From: Squalus acanthias
Taxonomy: Eukaryota
Length of the DNA: 64,000 nt
Direction: 5' to 3'
Assembly: GCA_030390025.1 (NCBI GenBank)
Contig: JASTWF010000071.1
Coordinates: forward strand, 992,001 to 1,056,000
How positions within the stretch are numbered: position 1 is the stretch's first letter; each line of letters starts with the position of its first letter. Shown here piece by piece: positions 13,416 to 25,606 of the stretch. A model generated the notes under the pieces. That model was not told the DNA's origin. It was given only the letters and a program-made list of their open reading frames with translations, and made no database searches. Both the position numbers and the translations under genes were made by a program.

Positions 13416-13857
13416 TGTCAGCTGTGGCTCAGTGTGCTGCACTCTCGTCTCAATCAGAAGGTTGTGAGTTCAAGTCCCACTCCAGAGACTCGAGCACAAA
13501 AATTTAGGCTGACACTCGTGCAGTGCTGAGCACTGTCAGAGGTGCCGTATTTCGGGAGAGATGTTAAACCAAGGCCCCATCTACCCTCTCCGATGGATGT
13601 TAAAGATCCCATGGCACTATTTCGAAGAGTTCTCCCTGGTGTCCTGGCCAATATTTATCCCTCAACCAACATCAGTAAAACAGATTATCTGGTCATTATC
13701 ACATTGCTGTTTGTGGGAGCTTGCTGTGCACAAATTGGCCGCCGCGATTCTTATATTACAAGAGTGACTACACTTCAAAGTACTTCATTGGCTGCAAAGC
13801 GCTTTGGGACATCCGGTGGTCATGAGAGGCGCTATATAAATGCAAGTCGTCTTTCTT
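13416..13857 (+). mobile_element. tRNA-derived DeuSINE (SacSINE1-like), full length
   Basis: A box (TGGCTCAGTG) and B box (GTTCAAGTCC) head; Deu-like core GCTGTTTGTGGGAGCTTGCTGTG; L2-like tail. Confidence 0.85.
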
Positions 13858-15336
13858 AACTTCTCAATTTGAACTTGCTTAATTTAAACCAAAAGTTAAT
13901 TCAAATCGCAATACTTGCATACACTATTAAAATTGCTTAATTTATACTACTGGATAATTAAAAATTTTCAAATGATTGAATTAATATATCCCTTGTTTAT
14001 GACGTATGGGCAGCTGATATCAGGTGGCAGCATAAGTGCACGTTAGCCAATTCAACTGTGTGCATTAATTTTCCATCGCAAGTGATCGCATCACGAGAAC
14101 TGCAATCTCATCAACATTGCGCCAAAAAAATACATAGTTCCACTCCTCCATACGAAACACACTGCAGCTGTCCGAGCACTTCAAGCTCAACCCCATTTCC
14201 CAGACAGTCCAGGCACAAGAACATACAGAATAGGATCACTCGCACCTCTGTCACTTCAGCCAACTGAGCAACGACCCCCATGTGGGGTAGGCAAGTTTAA
14301 AAATTGAGGGTGAATTAACTTTGCACTTGACAGTAAGTGAGTCTCTAAAGCTGTGTCCTGACGGATGGCCAAAAATAAATCTGCAATTTACACTTAAAAA
14401 GGAACAGCATCCTCACAAAAGCAGGTTTAAATGTTTTAAAATTTCTGGGAGGAAAATATGGTGATTTAAGTCAAATTCAAACAAATTACTATGAGAGCAA
14501 ATATGACAGGACATCCCATGAACACTCTGACGTAACCGAGTACTGAAATTTTACATAAAGGGTACCCAAGGAAGTAAGAATATCAGTTTGAGTGATAACA
14601 AATCACTTGACCTAATCGTTCACGTGTGACAAAAAGTGATGTCAATCTCTTCATCCTTCCTCAAGAAAAGTCAACTAAATACTTTTTTTCTTGAGCTCCG
14701 TTACCTGACGAATATGAATTTCTTTCACATAGGTCACTGGAGACAGAATTTCTTTTTGCAAAAAAAAAAGGTATATTTCATAACCTGTGTCATTTGGTAA
14801 TATTAGCACACTTCAATTGCACACAGAAAAGGAAGAATGCACAGAACTATGTAAAGAATTTACCTTTAGTAAAAGACCCGACGTATTGCAACTTACTGAC
14901 AAAAATCCCTACGGTTACATTTCTTCTGGCAGTGCACTGGCGAGCAGATGCGTGGAAAATTCCTTTGTGCCCCATTTTAAACAGGTTAATGACTACATTA
15001 AAATAGCACGCATAGCAAAAAGAAATAAAACCACTATACTGATAATGTAGACAAATTAACCTTGTGATTAGCCTTGCTTTAAAAAGAAACCAATATACAA
15101 CAGAAAGTAAAATACTGCAGATGCTGGAAATCTGAAGAGCGAGCAGAAAAATGCTGGAAACAAGTCAGCAGAGACGGGGAGAGAGAGAGAATGACGTAGG
15201 ATTAACATTCCAGGGCGATGACCTGCTGGTTATACTTTATGAGCAGTTTTCCCCCAAAACTCTTTAAACATGGCGATGCTGCCTCTGGTGAATTAAGAGC
15301 GCTGTTGAAAGCCTCCAAAAGATCTATGGCTCTAAC

Positions 15337-15453
15337 CTGGTTCATCCGAGCCATCTTTGCAATCACAGTAGTCATCGTTCACCTCATCAAATGGAATGGC
15401 TTTGGAGCCATCTAAACAAGTAAATGGTTTGGTCTCCTCATAGAAGTGTTGAT
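15337..15453 (-). CDS. PRKCSH: PRKCSH coding exon 2
   Basis: 117 nt, AG/GT bounded; (N)QHFYEETKPFTCLDGSKAIPFDEVNDDYCDCKDGSDEP(G); phase fits flanking exons. Confidence 0.96.
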
Positions 15454-15706
15454 CTACAAGGAAAGGGATAAGAGTTATTGGTACAAATTAGGATCGTACA
15501 GATTTTTTTTTTAATTTAAAGCTCTTTCTCTTACCCCCCCACCCACTATTTTTTCTTCATTCTAAAAGGCAGCACTACTGGAAAATGATTCCAACTGGCG
15601 TGCTTCACGGGAGCCAACAAGTGCCAATAGACAAAAAGAACCTGCATTTCTGAAGCGCCTTTCACAACCTCAGGACGTCACAATGCACTTTACAGCCAAT
15701 GGAATA

Positions 15707-16347
15707 CAGTCCCCACCGCTTATACTAGGTGCGTTGGTGTTGCACGAATTGTCCGCAATCAAACAATATTACGGTATTAAGCATTAAACGGCAGCCTGTG
15801 AACTCACGGTCCGTCTCAAACATTACATAAAATTTACAGCACAGCATCAGGCCATTCGGCCCAACTGGTCTATGCTGGTATTTATGCTCAACACCAGCCT
15901 CCTCCTCACCCTGTCAACATATTCTGATCCTTTTGCGCTCATGTACTTATCTAACTTTCCCCTTAAATGCATTATGGGCTTCTCTCTGCTTTCCTCCCCC
16001 TTCGCGGCTCGATTTTGATGCCTTTGATGAAGGGAAGCCTTGTTGAAACTGGTTTTGTTCTCGGCTGGAATCCAATTACGAAGACAAAGGCCAGATTACA
16101 CAATTGCAGTATTTAAAGGGTTTGCATTTCATTAGCGCTTCATGTGCGTAAATCGGTAAATACAAGGAATTAATGAGGGGCACATTTATTGAACAACCTA
16201 CTGAACTGTCTGAAAAAGCCGGCACGCTTAATAAGCGGCACCATTATAATTGATTCCTCTGGTACTGGCAAATGGATTAGCGCGCTTTGCCTGATACAGA
16301 CAACTACCCGAGATAAGTGTGGACGGTGTAAATGGTGGTGGTGACTG
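15707..16347. mobile_element. pogo/Tigger-type MITE inserted into a SINE
   Basis: TA|CAGTCCCCACC ... GGTGGTGACTG|TA; the SINE sequence resumes exactly across the TA; holds a CR1 tail at ~15822-15972. Confidence 0.7.
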
Positions 16348-17364
16348 TACTTTTGAAGTGTAGTCACTGTTATAATGGAAGGAACCACATCAGCCAATTA
16401 ACACATAGCAAGGTCGCAAAACAGCAAGGAGATGAGAAACTGTTTTTAGTGATGTTGGTTGAGGGATAAATATTGGCCAGGGGAGGAGAATTCCCCTGCC
16501 CTTCTTCAAGTAGTGCCATGGGATCTTTTGCATCAATCCGAGCGGGCATACGGGACCTCAGTTTAATGCCTCATCCAGTTTAACGCCTCATCCAAAGGAC
16601 AGCACCTCCCTCAGTACGGCACGGAGGCATCAGCCTGGATTATGTGCTGAAGTCTGTGGAGTGGGAAATTGAGCTTTCCAACACTGAGCCAAGGCTGGGC
16701 TGTGCGGGGCTTGACAACTCAGCTTCTAACTACTCAACTACCTTTTCTTTGGCCAATGCCTGCTGACATGATCAACTACTCCCTTTGATTCGCTTCATAG
16801 CTGCCCAATTTAATGGAAAAGTCTGGCATTCGCACCATTTACCAAGTCCAAAGTTGAATTAAGAAAAGGACATGGTGAAACAGTGGGTGGGATCTTGGCT
16901 TGAGTTGACATTGGTTCCACACTGGAAATGAAACAATCTGAATAACTAGTGCAGCCAAGTCACAAGACAGAATTAATTTGGAAAACGGATTTCTGATGCA
17001 AGAACAGGACCGACATCCATTTTAGAACCCCATTCAAAACAGCCAGCTTCAACCCTCGACATATCAAAACATGATTTACAATCAACAGGAGCCAAGTCTA
17101 TTATAAATCCATTTAAGCAACCTGGAGCATTGCAGTTTTCCCGGAATCGAATTAACCGTGCGCTCTAGGATAAGGAAGGCTGTACATGTTCTAATGCAAG
17201 GTGGGGGTTGTTGGGGCAGGCTGCCTTTCTTAATCAACTTACCCCATTCCTTACTTTTCAGAGCAAGATACATTTATGATGTGGAGATGCCGGTGTTGGA
17301 CTGGGGTGGACAAATGTGAGAAGTCGCACAACACCAGGTTATAGTCCAACAGCTTTATTTGAAA

Positions 17365-17401
17365 TCACAAGCTTTCGGAGCACTGTTCCTTCGTCAGGTG
17401 A
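17365..17401 (-). ncRNA. Minimal type-I hammerhead ribozyme motif in a Penelope-like terminal repeat (17276-17470)
   Basis: Minus strand TCAC-CTGACGA-A-GGAAC-AGT-GCTCC-GAAA-GCTT-GTGA: stem I TCAC/GTGA, conserved core, stem II with one mismatch, palindromic stem III; AATAAA follows. Confidence 0.65.
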
Positions 17402-17729
17402 AGTGAAGGAATGCATATAGGCACAGCATATATAGTCAGAGAACAATGCCAGATGATTACAGTTAATCTTTCTAACTGATATATTTAGATCATCCTTTCC
17501 TTTCCACCATTAGTAGCTCCTTGTGCAGCAACTGAGCAACCTGCTCTCTGGAACTCTAGCCAGGTCCCCTCACCCTGTCACCTCCATTCCTGCTTTTGAA
17601 AACCCTCTGCTTCAACCGTGCCTTTGGTTCCCCATTCTCGCACTCGATGTACATCACATCCCATTCCTCATTATGGAATTTATTTGGTCACCAGTAGCCC
17701 TGGCCATTGGATAGAGCATTTTTTAAACT

Positions 17730-18530
17730 TAGAGTCATAACAGCACAGAAGGAGGCCATTCGGCCCATCGAGTCTGTGCCGGCTCTCTGTAGAGCAATCC
17801 AGTCAGTCCCATTCCCCGCTCTATCCCTGTAGCCCTGCAAGTTTATTTTCCTCAAGTGCCTATCCAGCCTTGAAAACATTGAGTGTCTCCGCTTCCACCG
17901 GCAGCGAGTTCCAGGTCCTCACCACTCGCTGCGCAAACAAGTTTTTCCTCACATCCCCCCTGTATCTATTGCCCAAAATCTTAAATCTGTGTCCCCTAGT
18001 CCTTGTACCATCAACTAGTGGGAACAGCCTTTCCCCGTCTAGCCTATCCAAACCCGTCATAATCTTGCACACCTCTATCAAATCACCCCTCAACTTTCTT
18101 TGCTCTAATGAAAACAAATCCAGCTTCTCCAACCTGTCCTTGTAGCTAAGATCCCCCATCCTATGCACATTAACTCCCAGGTCCCTCTGTCCCTGCACAC
18201 TCTTTAAAACTGTGCCATTAAGTGTATATTGCCTCTCCTTGTTCCTTCTGCCAAAATGCATCACCTCACACTTCTCTATTAAATTCCATCTGCCACTTGT
18301 CTGCCCATTCTGCTAGCCTTTCTGCGTCCTGTTGCAGTCGATTGGTATCATCCTCACGGTTTGTCACACCCCCAAGTTTTGTCTCATCGGCAAATTTAGA
18401 AATTCTACTCTATTCCAATATCCAGGTCATTTATATATATCAAAAAAAGCAGTGGCCCCAGCACTGACCCTTGGGGAACACCTCTGTCTACCATCCTCCA
18501 GTCTGAAAAACAGCCATTTACCACAACAAC
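17730..18530 (-). mobile_element. CR1 LINE 3' fragment with internal deletion
   Basis: MHFGRRNK...RDLGV...LEQRKLRGDLIEV...TRGH. Confidence 0.85.
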
Positions 18531-19014
18531 TTCTAATTTGGTTGTTTTATTTTATTATTTTTTTATTTTTTTTTTTTAAAAAGAACTATTTTTTTTTTTA
18601 ATATTCTTAGGATGTGAGAAATGATGCCAAGACCACATTTATTACCCATCCCCAGTTACCCTTGTGTGGGTTCCTTTCCAGTAATTGTTTTTACAACTCA
18701 GTTCTAGGCTATGTCAGAGGGCATGAACTGGAGTCACTTGCAGACCAGACCAGGTAGGGGTGGCAGGGCATTAGTCACCACCTGGCTGTTTAAGGTCAAT
18801 CCTGCAACTTTTCCATGGTCATTTTTTCCCCCTCTATCAGTTTCATTACTCACCACAGTGGGATTTCAACTGGTGACCTCAAGGTTGCTCATGCAGTATC
18901 ACTACTGCCTAAAGACAGTAATAGAACAGAGGTGTGACGAGGGCGCTGCAACCCAGCATTATTACATTTCATTCAAAATAATCCATGGTCTTTACAAGAG
19001 ATATACTTGTTGAT

Positions 19015-20470
19015 ATAGCTGGTAGGAATGCTGGACCATATACCACTCCATTGCTACATTTAAATATTATTGTATTGCATTATTTGCACACTCAGACATG
19101 CTGCATAGTTGCTAAAACTGGCAGTAATGCAAGGCCCTAAACCACTGCAATGTTGCATTCCCAAAATTATTTTATTGCATCATTTGCACTGCATCTCAGG
19201 TGTTACTAAAACTGGCAGTAATGCAAGGCCCTGCACCACTGCATTCCAATATTTTATTGCGTTATTTGCACTGCATCTCAGATGTTGCACAATTGCTAAA
19301 ACTGGTAGCAATACAGGGCTCCATACCACTTCAGTGTTGCATTTAAACATTATTTTATTAAATTATCTCAAAGAGATGTGTTGCACTGTTGCTAAAACTG
19401 GTAGTAATGAAAGATCCTACACCACTGCACTGTTAAGAACATAAGAAATAGGAGCAGGAGTAGGCCATTCGGCCCCTCGAGCCTGCTCCGCCATTCAATA
19501 TCATGGCTGATCTGATTTTGGCCTCAACTCCACTTTCCTGCCCGCTCCCTATAACCCTGGATTTCCCTTGTTTTTCAAAAATCTGTCTATCTCCACCTTG
19601 AATATATTCACTGACTCCGCCTCCACAGCTCTCTGGGGTAGAGAATTCCAAAGATTCACGACCCTCGGAGAAGAAATTCCTCCTCATCTCCGTTTTAAAT
19701 GGGCAACCCCTTATTCTGAAACTATGCCCCCTAGTTCTAGATTCCCCCCTGAGGGGAAACATCCTCCCTGCATCTACCCTGTCAAGTCCCCTCAGAATCT
19801 TATTTCAATAAGATCACCTCTCATTCTTCTAAACTCCAATGAGTATAGGCCCAACCTTTCCTCATAAGACAATCCCTTCAACTCAGGAATCAACCTACTG
19901 AACCTTCTCTGAACTGCCTCCAATGCAAGAATATCCCTCCTTAAATAAGGAGACCAAAACTGTACGCAGTACTCCAAGTGTGGTCTCACCAGCACCCTGT
20001 ACAGCTGCAGCAAGACTTCCCTACTTTTATACTCCAGCCCCCTAGCAATAAAGGCCAAAATTCCATTTACCTTCCTAATTACTTGCTGTACCTGTATGCT
20101 AACTTTGTGTTTCAGGTACGAGGACCCCCAGATCCCTCTGTACCACAGCATTCTGTCGACTCTCTCCAATTAAATAATATTTTGCTTTTTTATTCTTCCT
20201 ACCAAAGTGGATAACCTCATTTTCCCCAATATTATTTTTATTGCATTATTTGCACTGCATCTCAGATGAGTTACTAAAACTGGCCCTACACCACTGCACT
20301 GTTGCACGCCAATATTTGACTGCATTATCTGCACTGGGATGTTGCTAAAACTAGTAGCAAACACTTGACTTATTATTCCCCAGCATTGCACCTCTCTACA
20401 TATTGCACTCTTCGCACTAATGCAGGGCCCTACACATCGTTGCATTATTTACATTACACAGCTGCTTTGC
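19015..20470. repeat. Degenerate ~93-bp tandem repeat split by a CR1 insertion
   Basis: GTTGCTAAAACTGGCAGTAATGC-like starts at ~19108, 19202, 19293, 19388, 20270 and 20341. Confidence 0.8.
19433..20225 (-). mobile_element. CR1 LINE 3' fragment splitting a ~93-bp tandem repeat
   Basis: VRPHLEYCVQFWSP translation; AAGAACATAAGAAA tail. Confidence 0.9.
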
Positions 20471-20497
20471 ACGGTTGCAATCCCAGCGCTTACTCAC

Positions 20498-20600
20498 TGG
20501 ACAGCGAGACCCCGTGGGGCCGCTTCACCTCCACGGCGGTGGTGCCAAGCGCGAGCAGCAAGAGGAGGCCCAGGCCCAGGGCCGGCACAGCAACCGCCAT
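20498..20600 (-). CDS. PRKCSH: PRKCSH first coding exon (signal peptide + N-terminus)
   Basis: Reverse strand reads MAVAVPALGLGLLLLLALGTTAVEVKRPHGVSLS, then a GTGAGT donor; matches the glucosidase II beta N-terminus (AVEVKRPRGVSL). Acceptor AG at 20607-20606. Confidence 0.93.
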
Positions 20601-20754
20601 CCGAGCTGCACCGAGACACGGCGATTGAAGTGCGGCGGGGAGGAGGGCGGGCAAAAAAAAAGGAGGAAGGGATTACAAAAACAAAACTCGACCGATTTAA
20701 ACTTTTAAAAACATTTAAAAAAAAACAAAAATGAACCGGGCCGGCCTCCCTCAC

Positions 20755-20850
20755 AGCTGCGAAGCGACCGTCCGCCTCCGGCCGTCCCCCGCCGCCGACT
20801 CAGCCGCTGCGCCCCGGGAGCTGACGCGTAACCTCAGCCACCGCGCCTCC
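20755..20850 (-). other. PRKCSH: Probable non-coding first exon of PRKCSH (5' boundary uncertain)
   Basis: GC-rich segment ending in a GTGAGG donor at 20754; 149-nt intron with a pyrimidine tract to the acceptor 5 nt before the ATG. Confidence 0.55.
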
Positions 20851-21014
20851 TGATTGGACGGCCGCCTCCCTCGCACTGCGCCTGCGCCTCAGTGCATTCT
20901 GGGAGTTGTGTTCTGGTTTCTCCCACCACCACTTCCTCCTGGGTGGTTCATTGCTGGTGACAGTGCTATAGTGTGTGGTCATTGCAAGGGTGGGTTTTCA
21001 GCTGTGGTGGGAAG

Positions 21015-21540
21015 GGGTTTTTTGGGGGGCGGGGGAGAAGCTGGGGTTTAGTGGGGGGTGGGAGGGGAATAGAAGTCATGGGGAAATGGGAGGTTTGGGG
21101 GAAAGGGGGCTTTAGTGGAATAAGGGGGATTGGGGGAAAGGGGGTTATGGGGAAAGGGGGTTATGGGGAAAGGGGGTTAAGGGGAAAGCAGGTTATGGGG
21201 AAAGGGGGTTATGGAGAAAAGCGGTTAAGGGAAAGGAGGTTATGGGGAAAGGAGGTTAAGGGGAAAGGGGGTTAAGCTGAAAGGAGGTTAAGGGGAAAGG
21301 GGATTAAGGGGAAAGGACGGTTAAGGGGAAAGAGGGTTGGATATAATGTTACTAATTTTTTGGAAAAAAGTCAAAGATTGAAATATTTTCTGAGATCTGT
21401 TGTGGGAAGGGGTTATGGGGGAAAGGGGGGTTCAGGAGCAAAGGTGGGGTATAGGGGAAAGGGGGTTAAGGGAATTATGGGGAAAGGGGATTTAAAGGAA
21501 AATGGGAGTTCAGGGAGATTTTGGGGCAAGGGGTTGGATA
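21015..21540 (+). repeat. G-rich 16-bp repeat (GGGGAAAGGGGGTTAW)n
   Basis: Runs of G4-G5 separated by AAA/TTAA/TTAT. Confidence 0.9.
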
Positions 21541-22089
21541 TAGTCTTACTTTTTCTTTTTATATTAGGATACTTTTTACTTTGAAAAAGAAAGAACTTGC
21601 ATGTCTATAGCTCCTTTCACATCCTCAGGATGTCCCAAAGCACTTCGCAGCCGATGAATTACTTTTTGAAATGTGGTCAATGCTGTTATCTCGGCAAACA
21701 CGGCAGCCAATTTGCGCACAGCAAAAGCCCAAAGGCAGCCAGCCAGCTTGGTGGTGTTGGTTGAGGGATAATGTTGTTCAGAATACTGGGAAAACTCCCC
21801 AGCTCTTCTTCAAAAAAGTACCACAGGATCTTTTACATCCCCACGGGATCTCATTTTAACATATCATTTGAAAGATGGCGCTGCATTTGCCTACATTTCA
21901 AAAGTAATTCATTGCACCTTGAAGCACTTTAGGACATCCTAAGGACTTGAAAGGCACTATAGAAATGCAAGTCTTTCATGGCTTTTGTGGGCTTTTGCTG
22001 TGTATAATATAACTACTGCTTTTGCATACATAAAAATATCATTGCACGTCAAAATAATTAATTGTGAAACTATCAGATATATTCAAGAA

Positions 22090-22445
22090 GGTTAAGAGAT
22101 GACCTAATAGAGGTTTACAAGATGATGAGAGGTTTTGATAGAGTAGATAAAGACAAATTATTCCCTCTGGACTAAAGGTCATAGATTCAAGGTCATTGGC
22201 AAAAGATCTAAAGGGGTGATGAGAAGAATTTTTTTCACACAGCGAACACTCCGAAAATGTCAGTGGAAGCTGATTCCATAAATAATTTTATAAGGGAGTT
22301 AGACAGGTACTTGAGGATGAGGATCTTACAGGGTTATGGACAAAAAGCAGGGATGTGGGACTAAGCACAACTGCTCTTTCAAAGAGCCAGCACAGGCATG
22401 ACAGGCTGAATGGCCTCCTTCTGTGCTGTAAGTCTCTATGATTCT
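22090..22445 (+). mobile_element. CR1 LINE 3' fragment
   Basis: DLIEVYKMMRGFDRVD-like frame; CTATGATTCT tail. Confidence 0.75.
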
Positions 22446-22825
22446 TTATCTGAGAGACTATATAAAAGCACATCTTTCTTTTAGACCTCAGTTCTTGCCA
22501 ACTTGCACCCAAATGCGCAGGGCTTACTTAAGTGGCATGTGCCCATATGGGAAAAGACTCCATCACAGGCAAACGTGATTTACGCAGTTTTCTCAGTAGA
22601 TTAGGTTTGAAAGCTCTTGTGCACGGTGAGGGGTTTCCATGTGTGGACCAGTATGGACCAAAAGAAAAATCAGTACGTCATTCAGTCTATGAATGGAGGT
22701 GACCTTAAAGGGCTTGTGTCTCATTTTCAGTGAAGCAACATTACCTCATTTTAAAAACAAATGCAGCAAGTCGGGCAGCATCTGCGGAGAGAACAGACAA
22801 GATGGTTTTGGGAGGGGGAAGCTGG

Positions 22826-23540
22826 GTCCTTTCCCCTTAACCCCCTCTCCCCATGACCCCCTTTCCCCTTAACCCCCTTTCCCCTTAACCCCCTTTCCCC
22901 TCTTTCTCCTTAACCCCCTTTCCCCTTAACCCCCTTTCCCCTTAACCCCCTTTCCCCTTAACCCCCTTTTTCCTTAACCTCTTTTCCCCATAACCCCCTT
23001 TTTGCTTAACCCCCTTTCCCCTTAACCCCCTTTCCCCTTAACCCCCTTTCCCCATAACCCCCTTTCCCCATAACCCCCTTTCCCCTTAACCCCCCTTTCT
23101 CCTTAACCCCCTTTCCCCATAACCCCCTTTCCCCATAACCCCCTTTCCCCTTAACCCCCTTTCCCCTTAACCCCCTTTCCCCATAACCCCCTTTCCCCTT
23201 AACCCCCTTTCCCCTTAACCCCCTTTCCCCTTAACCCCCTTTCCCCTTAACCCCCTTTCCCCTTAACCCCCTTTCCCCATAACCCCCTTTCCCCTTAACC
23301 CCCTTTCCCCTTAACCCCCTTTCCCCTTAACCTCTTTTCCCCTTAACCCCCTTTCCCCTTAACCTCTTTTCCCCTTAACCCCCTTTCCCCATAACCCCCT
23401 TTCCCCTTAATCCCCTTTCCCCATAATCCCCTTTCCCCATATTTCCCCTAAAGCCCCCTTTCCCCTAAACCTCCCATTTCTCCATGACTTCTATTCCCCC
23501 CGCTACTAAACCCCAACTTCCGCCCCCCCCCTCTAAAACC
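22826..23540 (-). repeat. C-rich 16-bp repeat, inverted relative to 21015-21540
   Basis: (CCCCCTTTCCCCTTAA)n plus an inverted copy of a unique anchor sequence. Confidence 0.93.
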
Positions 23541-23599
23541 ATCAGAAGATATTACAGATGAACAGCATTTAGAAAGGAACAGAACAAGGGGAGAGGGAC

Positions 23600-24880
23600 A
23601 AAAACAACACGGGAATCCATTCCAAGTGCTGATGACTCTTTGTGTGAAGAATGTCCCTCCTGACATCAGGCTTAAACGTATCTGTTACTAGTTTACACCT
23701 GTGTCCCCTTGTCCTACTTTTGAAATTTAATTGGTAGCAATATTCCAGATTTGCCTTTTCCATCCCTTAACTAATATACCTCTATATGCTCACCTCATTC
23801 CAGGCTGAAAAGCCCAAGTTCTTACCTCATTACTTTTGTCTTTTAAGCCAAGGGAGGATCATCGTGGCTTTTCTCCGCACCTGCCTCCAACTCTTGAATT
23901 GTCCCGCGTCTTTCTCGGTGACCAGAACAGCACACGGTACTCAAGGTGCCGTCTGACCGGAGAGCACTGTACAGTTTGATCACAACTTTCTCTGGCTTCT
24001 CCTCCACTGTTTTGGCCGTGCGTGGTTCAATATCCCATTGGCTATGTTGATTGCTGTACTGCATTGGTCAAATGTGGAGCGGCAGCAGTAGACAGTTCTG
24101 CCTTATAGAATCGTACAGAACAGAAGGAGGTCATTTGTCCCATTGTGTTAAAAGCTCTCTAATTAGTCCCACTCAACGTTCCCCATAATTTTTTATTTTG
24201 GGTGCGCGGCCCCTTTAAGGAACTGCACGGCCCATTCACAGTTGTGCAGAGAGCTTGGGAGGGAATGTTGGTCCCACTACCCCCGCTCTGTCCCCATATC
24301 CCTGCATATTTTTCCTTTTCAAGTGTCTGTACAATTCCCGATTGAAAGTTACTATTGAATCTGCTTCCAACCCCTCTTTCAGCCAATGCATTCCAGATCA
24401 TAATAACTCGCTGCGTAAAAGAAATTCTCCTCATCTCCCCTCTGGTTCTTTTGCCAATTATCTTAAATCTGTGTCCTCTGGTTACCAACCCTCCTGCCAG
24501 TGAATACAGTTTCTCCTTATTTACTCTATCAAAATCCCTCATCATTTTTGAACTCTATTAAATCTCCCCTTTAACCTTCTCCGCTCCAAGGAGAACAATC
24601 CCAGCTTCTCTAGTCTCTCCGCATAGCTGAAGTCCCTCATCCCTGGAACCATTCTGGTAAATCTCTGCTGCACCCTCTCCAAAGCCTTGACATCCTTCCT
24701 AAAGTGTGGTGCCCAGAATTGGACACAATACAAAGAATTACATCGAATTTACAGCACAGAAACAGGCCGTTCAGCCCAACTGGTCTATGCTGCTCCACAC
24801 AAGCCTCCTCCCACTCTACTTCACCGAAACCCCATCAGCATATCCTTCTATCCCTTACGTATTTATCTAGCTTCCCCTTA
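23600..24880 (-). mobile_element. Cluster of CR1 LINE 3' fragments
   Basis: YCVQFWAPHFRKDVKALERVQ and TRGH motifs; several 3' stem-loops. Confidence 0.8.
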
Positions 24881-24896
24881 AATTAGGGATGCCAAC

Positions 24897-25053
24897 CAAT
24901 GTTCCCTCTAATTTTGTTTGGCGCCGCGGTGCCCCTTTAAGGGGCTGCTCGGCCCAGTCAAAATACCGCACATGCATGGTTTTTTGGATTGAAAAGCCGG
25001 CTGCGCGGGTCCCCTGGATTTCTGCGTGGCCGCACAGCTTAAAGGGCACATTG
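24897..25053. mobile_element. hAT-type MITE
   Basis: TIR CAATGTTCCCTCTAA / TTAAAGGGCACATTG; 8-bp TSD ATGCCAAC; central palindrome CCCCTTTAAGGGG. Related copies at ~960-1098 and ~24174-24255. Confidence 0.8.
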
Positions 25054-25139
25054 ATGCCAACCCTCCAGGATTGGCCTGGAGTCTCCAGGAATTGAAGGTT
25101 AATTTCCAGGACACCTGCTGGGAGCAACTCAGAAAATGA

Positions 25140-25606
25140 GAAAAAGAAATACTTGCATTTCTATAGCGCCTTTCACGACCACCGGATGTCCCAAAGCGCT
25201 TTACAGCCAACGAAGTACTATTTGAAGAGTGGTCATTGTTGTAATGTGGGAAACGCAACAGCCAATTTGCGCACAGCAAGCTCCCGTAAACAGCAATGCG
25301 ATAATGACCAGATAATCTGTTTTTGTGATGTTGGTTGAGGGATAAATATTGGCCCCAGGACACCAGGGAGAACTCCCCTGCTCTTCTTCGAAATAGTGCC
25401 ATGGAATCTTTTACATCCACCTGAGAGAGCAGACGGGGCCTCGGTTTAACGTCTCATCCGAAAGACGGCACCTCCAACAGTGCAGCACTCCCTCAGTACT
25501 GCACTGGGAGTGTCAGCCTAGCTTTATGTGCTCAAGTCACCTGGAGTGGGACTCGAACCCACAACCTTCTGACGCAGAAGCGAGTGTGCTACGCACTGAG
25601 CCACAG
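25140..25606 (-). mobile_element. DeuSINE (SacSINE1-like)
   Basis: Full-length reverse copy. Confidence 0.85.

Larger units (their letters stand above)
20480..20950. promoter_or_regulatory. CpG-island promoter of PRKCSH with CCAAT, NRF1-like, ZNF143-like and ETS motifs
   Basis: CpG-dense; ATTGG at 20853-20857; TGCGCCTGCGC at 20877-20887; minus-strand AACACAACTCCCAGAATGCA (ZNF143/SBS-like) at ~20893-20912; CACTTCCT at ~20930. Confidence 0.75.

Noticed and set aside
13416-13495. tRNA genes (A/B-box sequences here and at other SINE heads)
   Set aside because: Each continues into the SINE body; no complete cloverleaf is evident.
22826-23450. Interstitial telomere
   Set aside because: The unit is 16 bp (TTAAGGGGAAAGGGGG), not TTAGGG.
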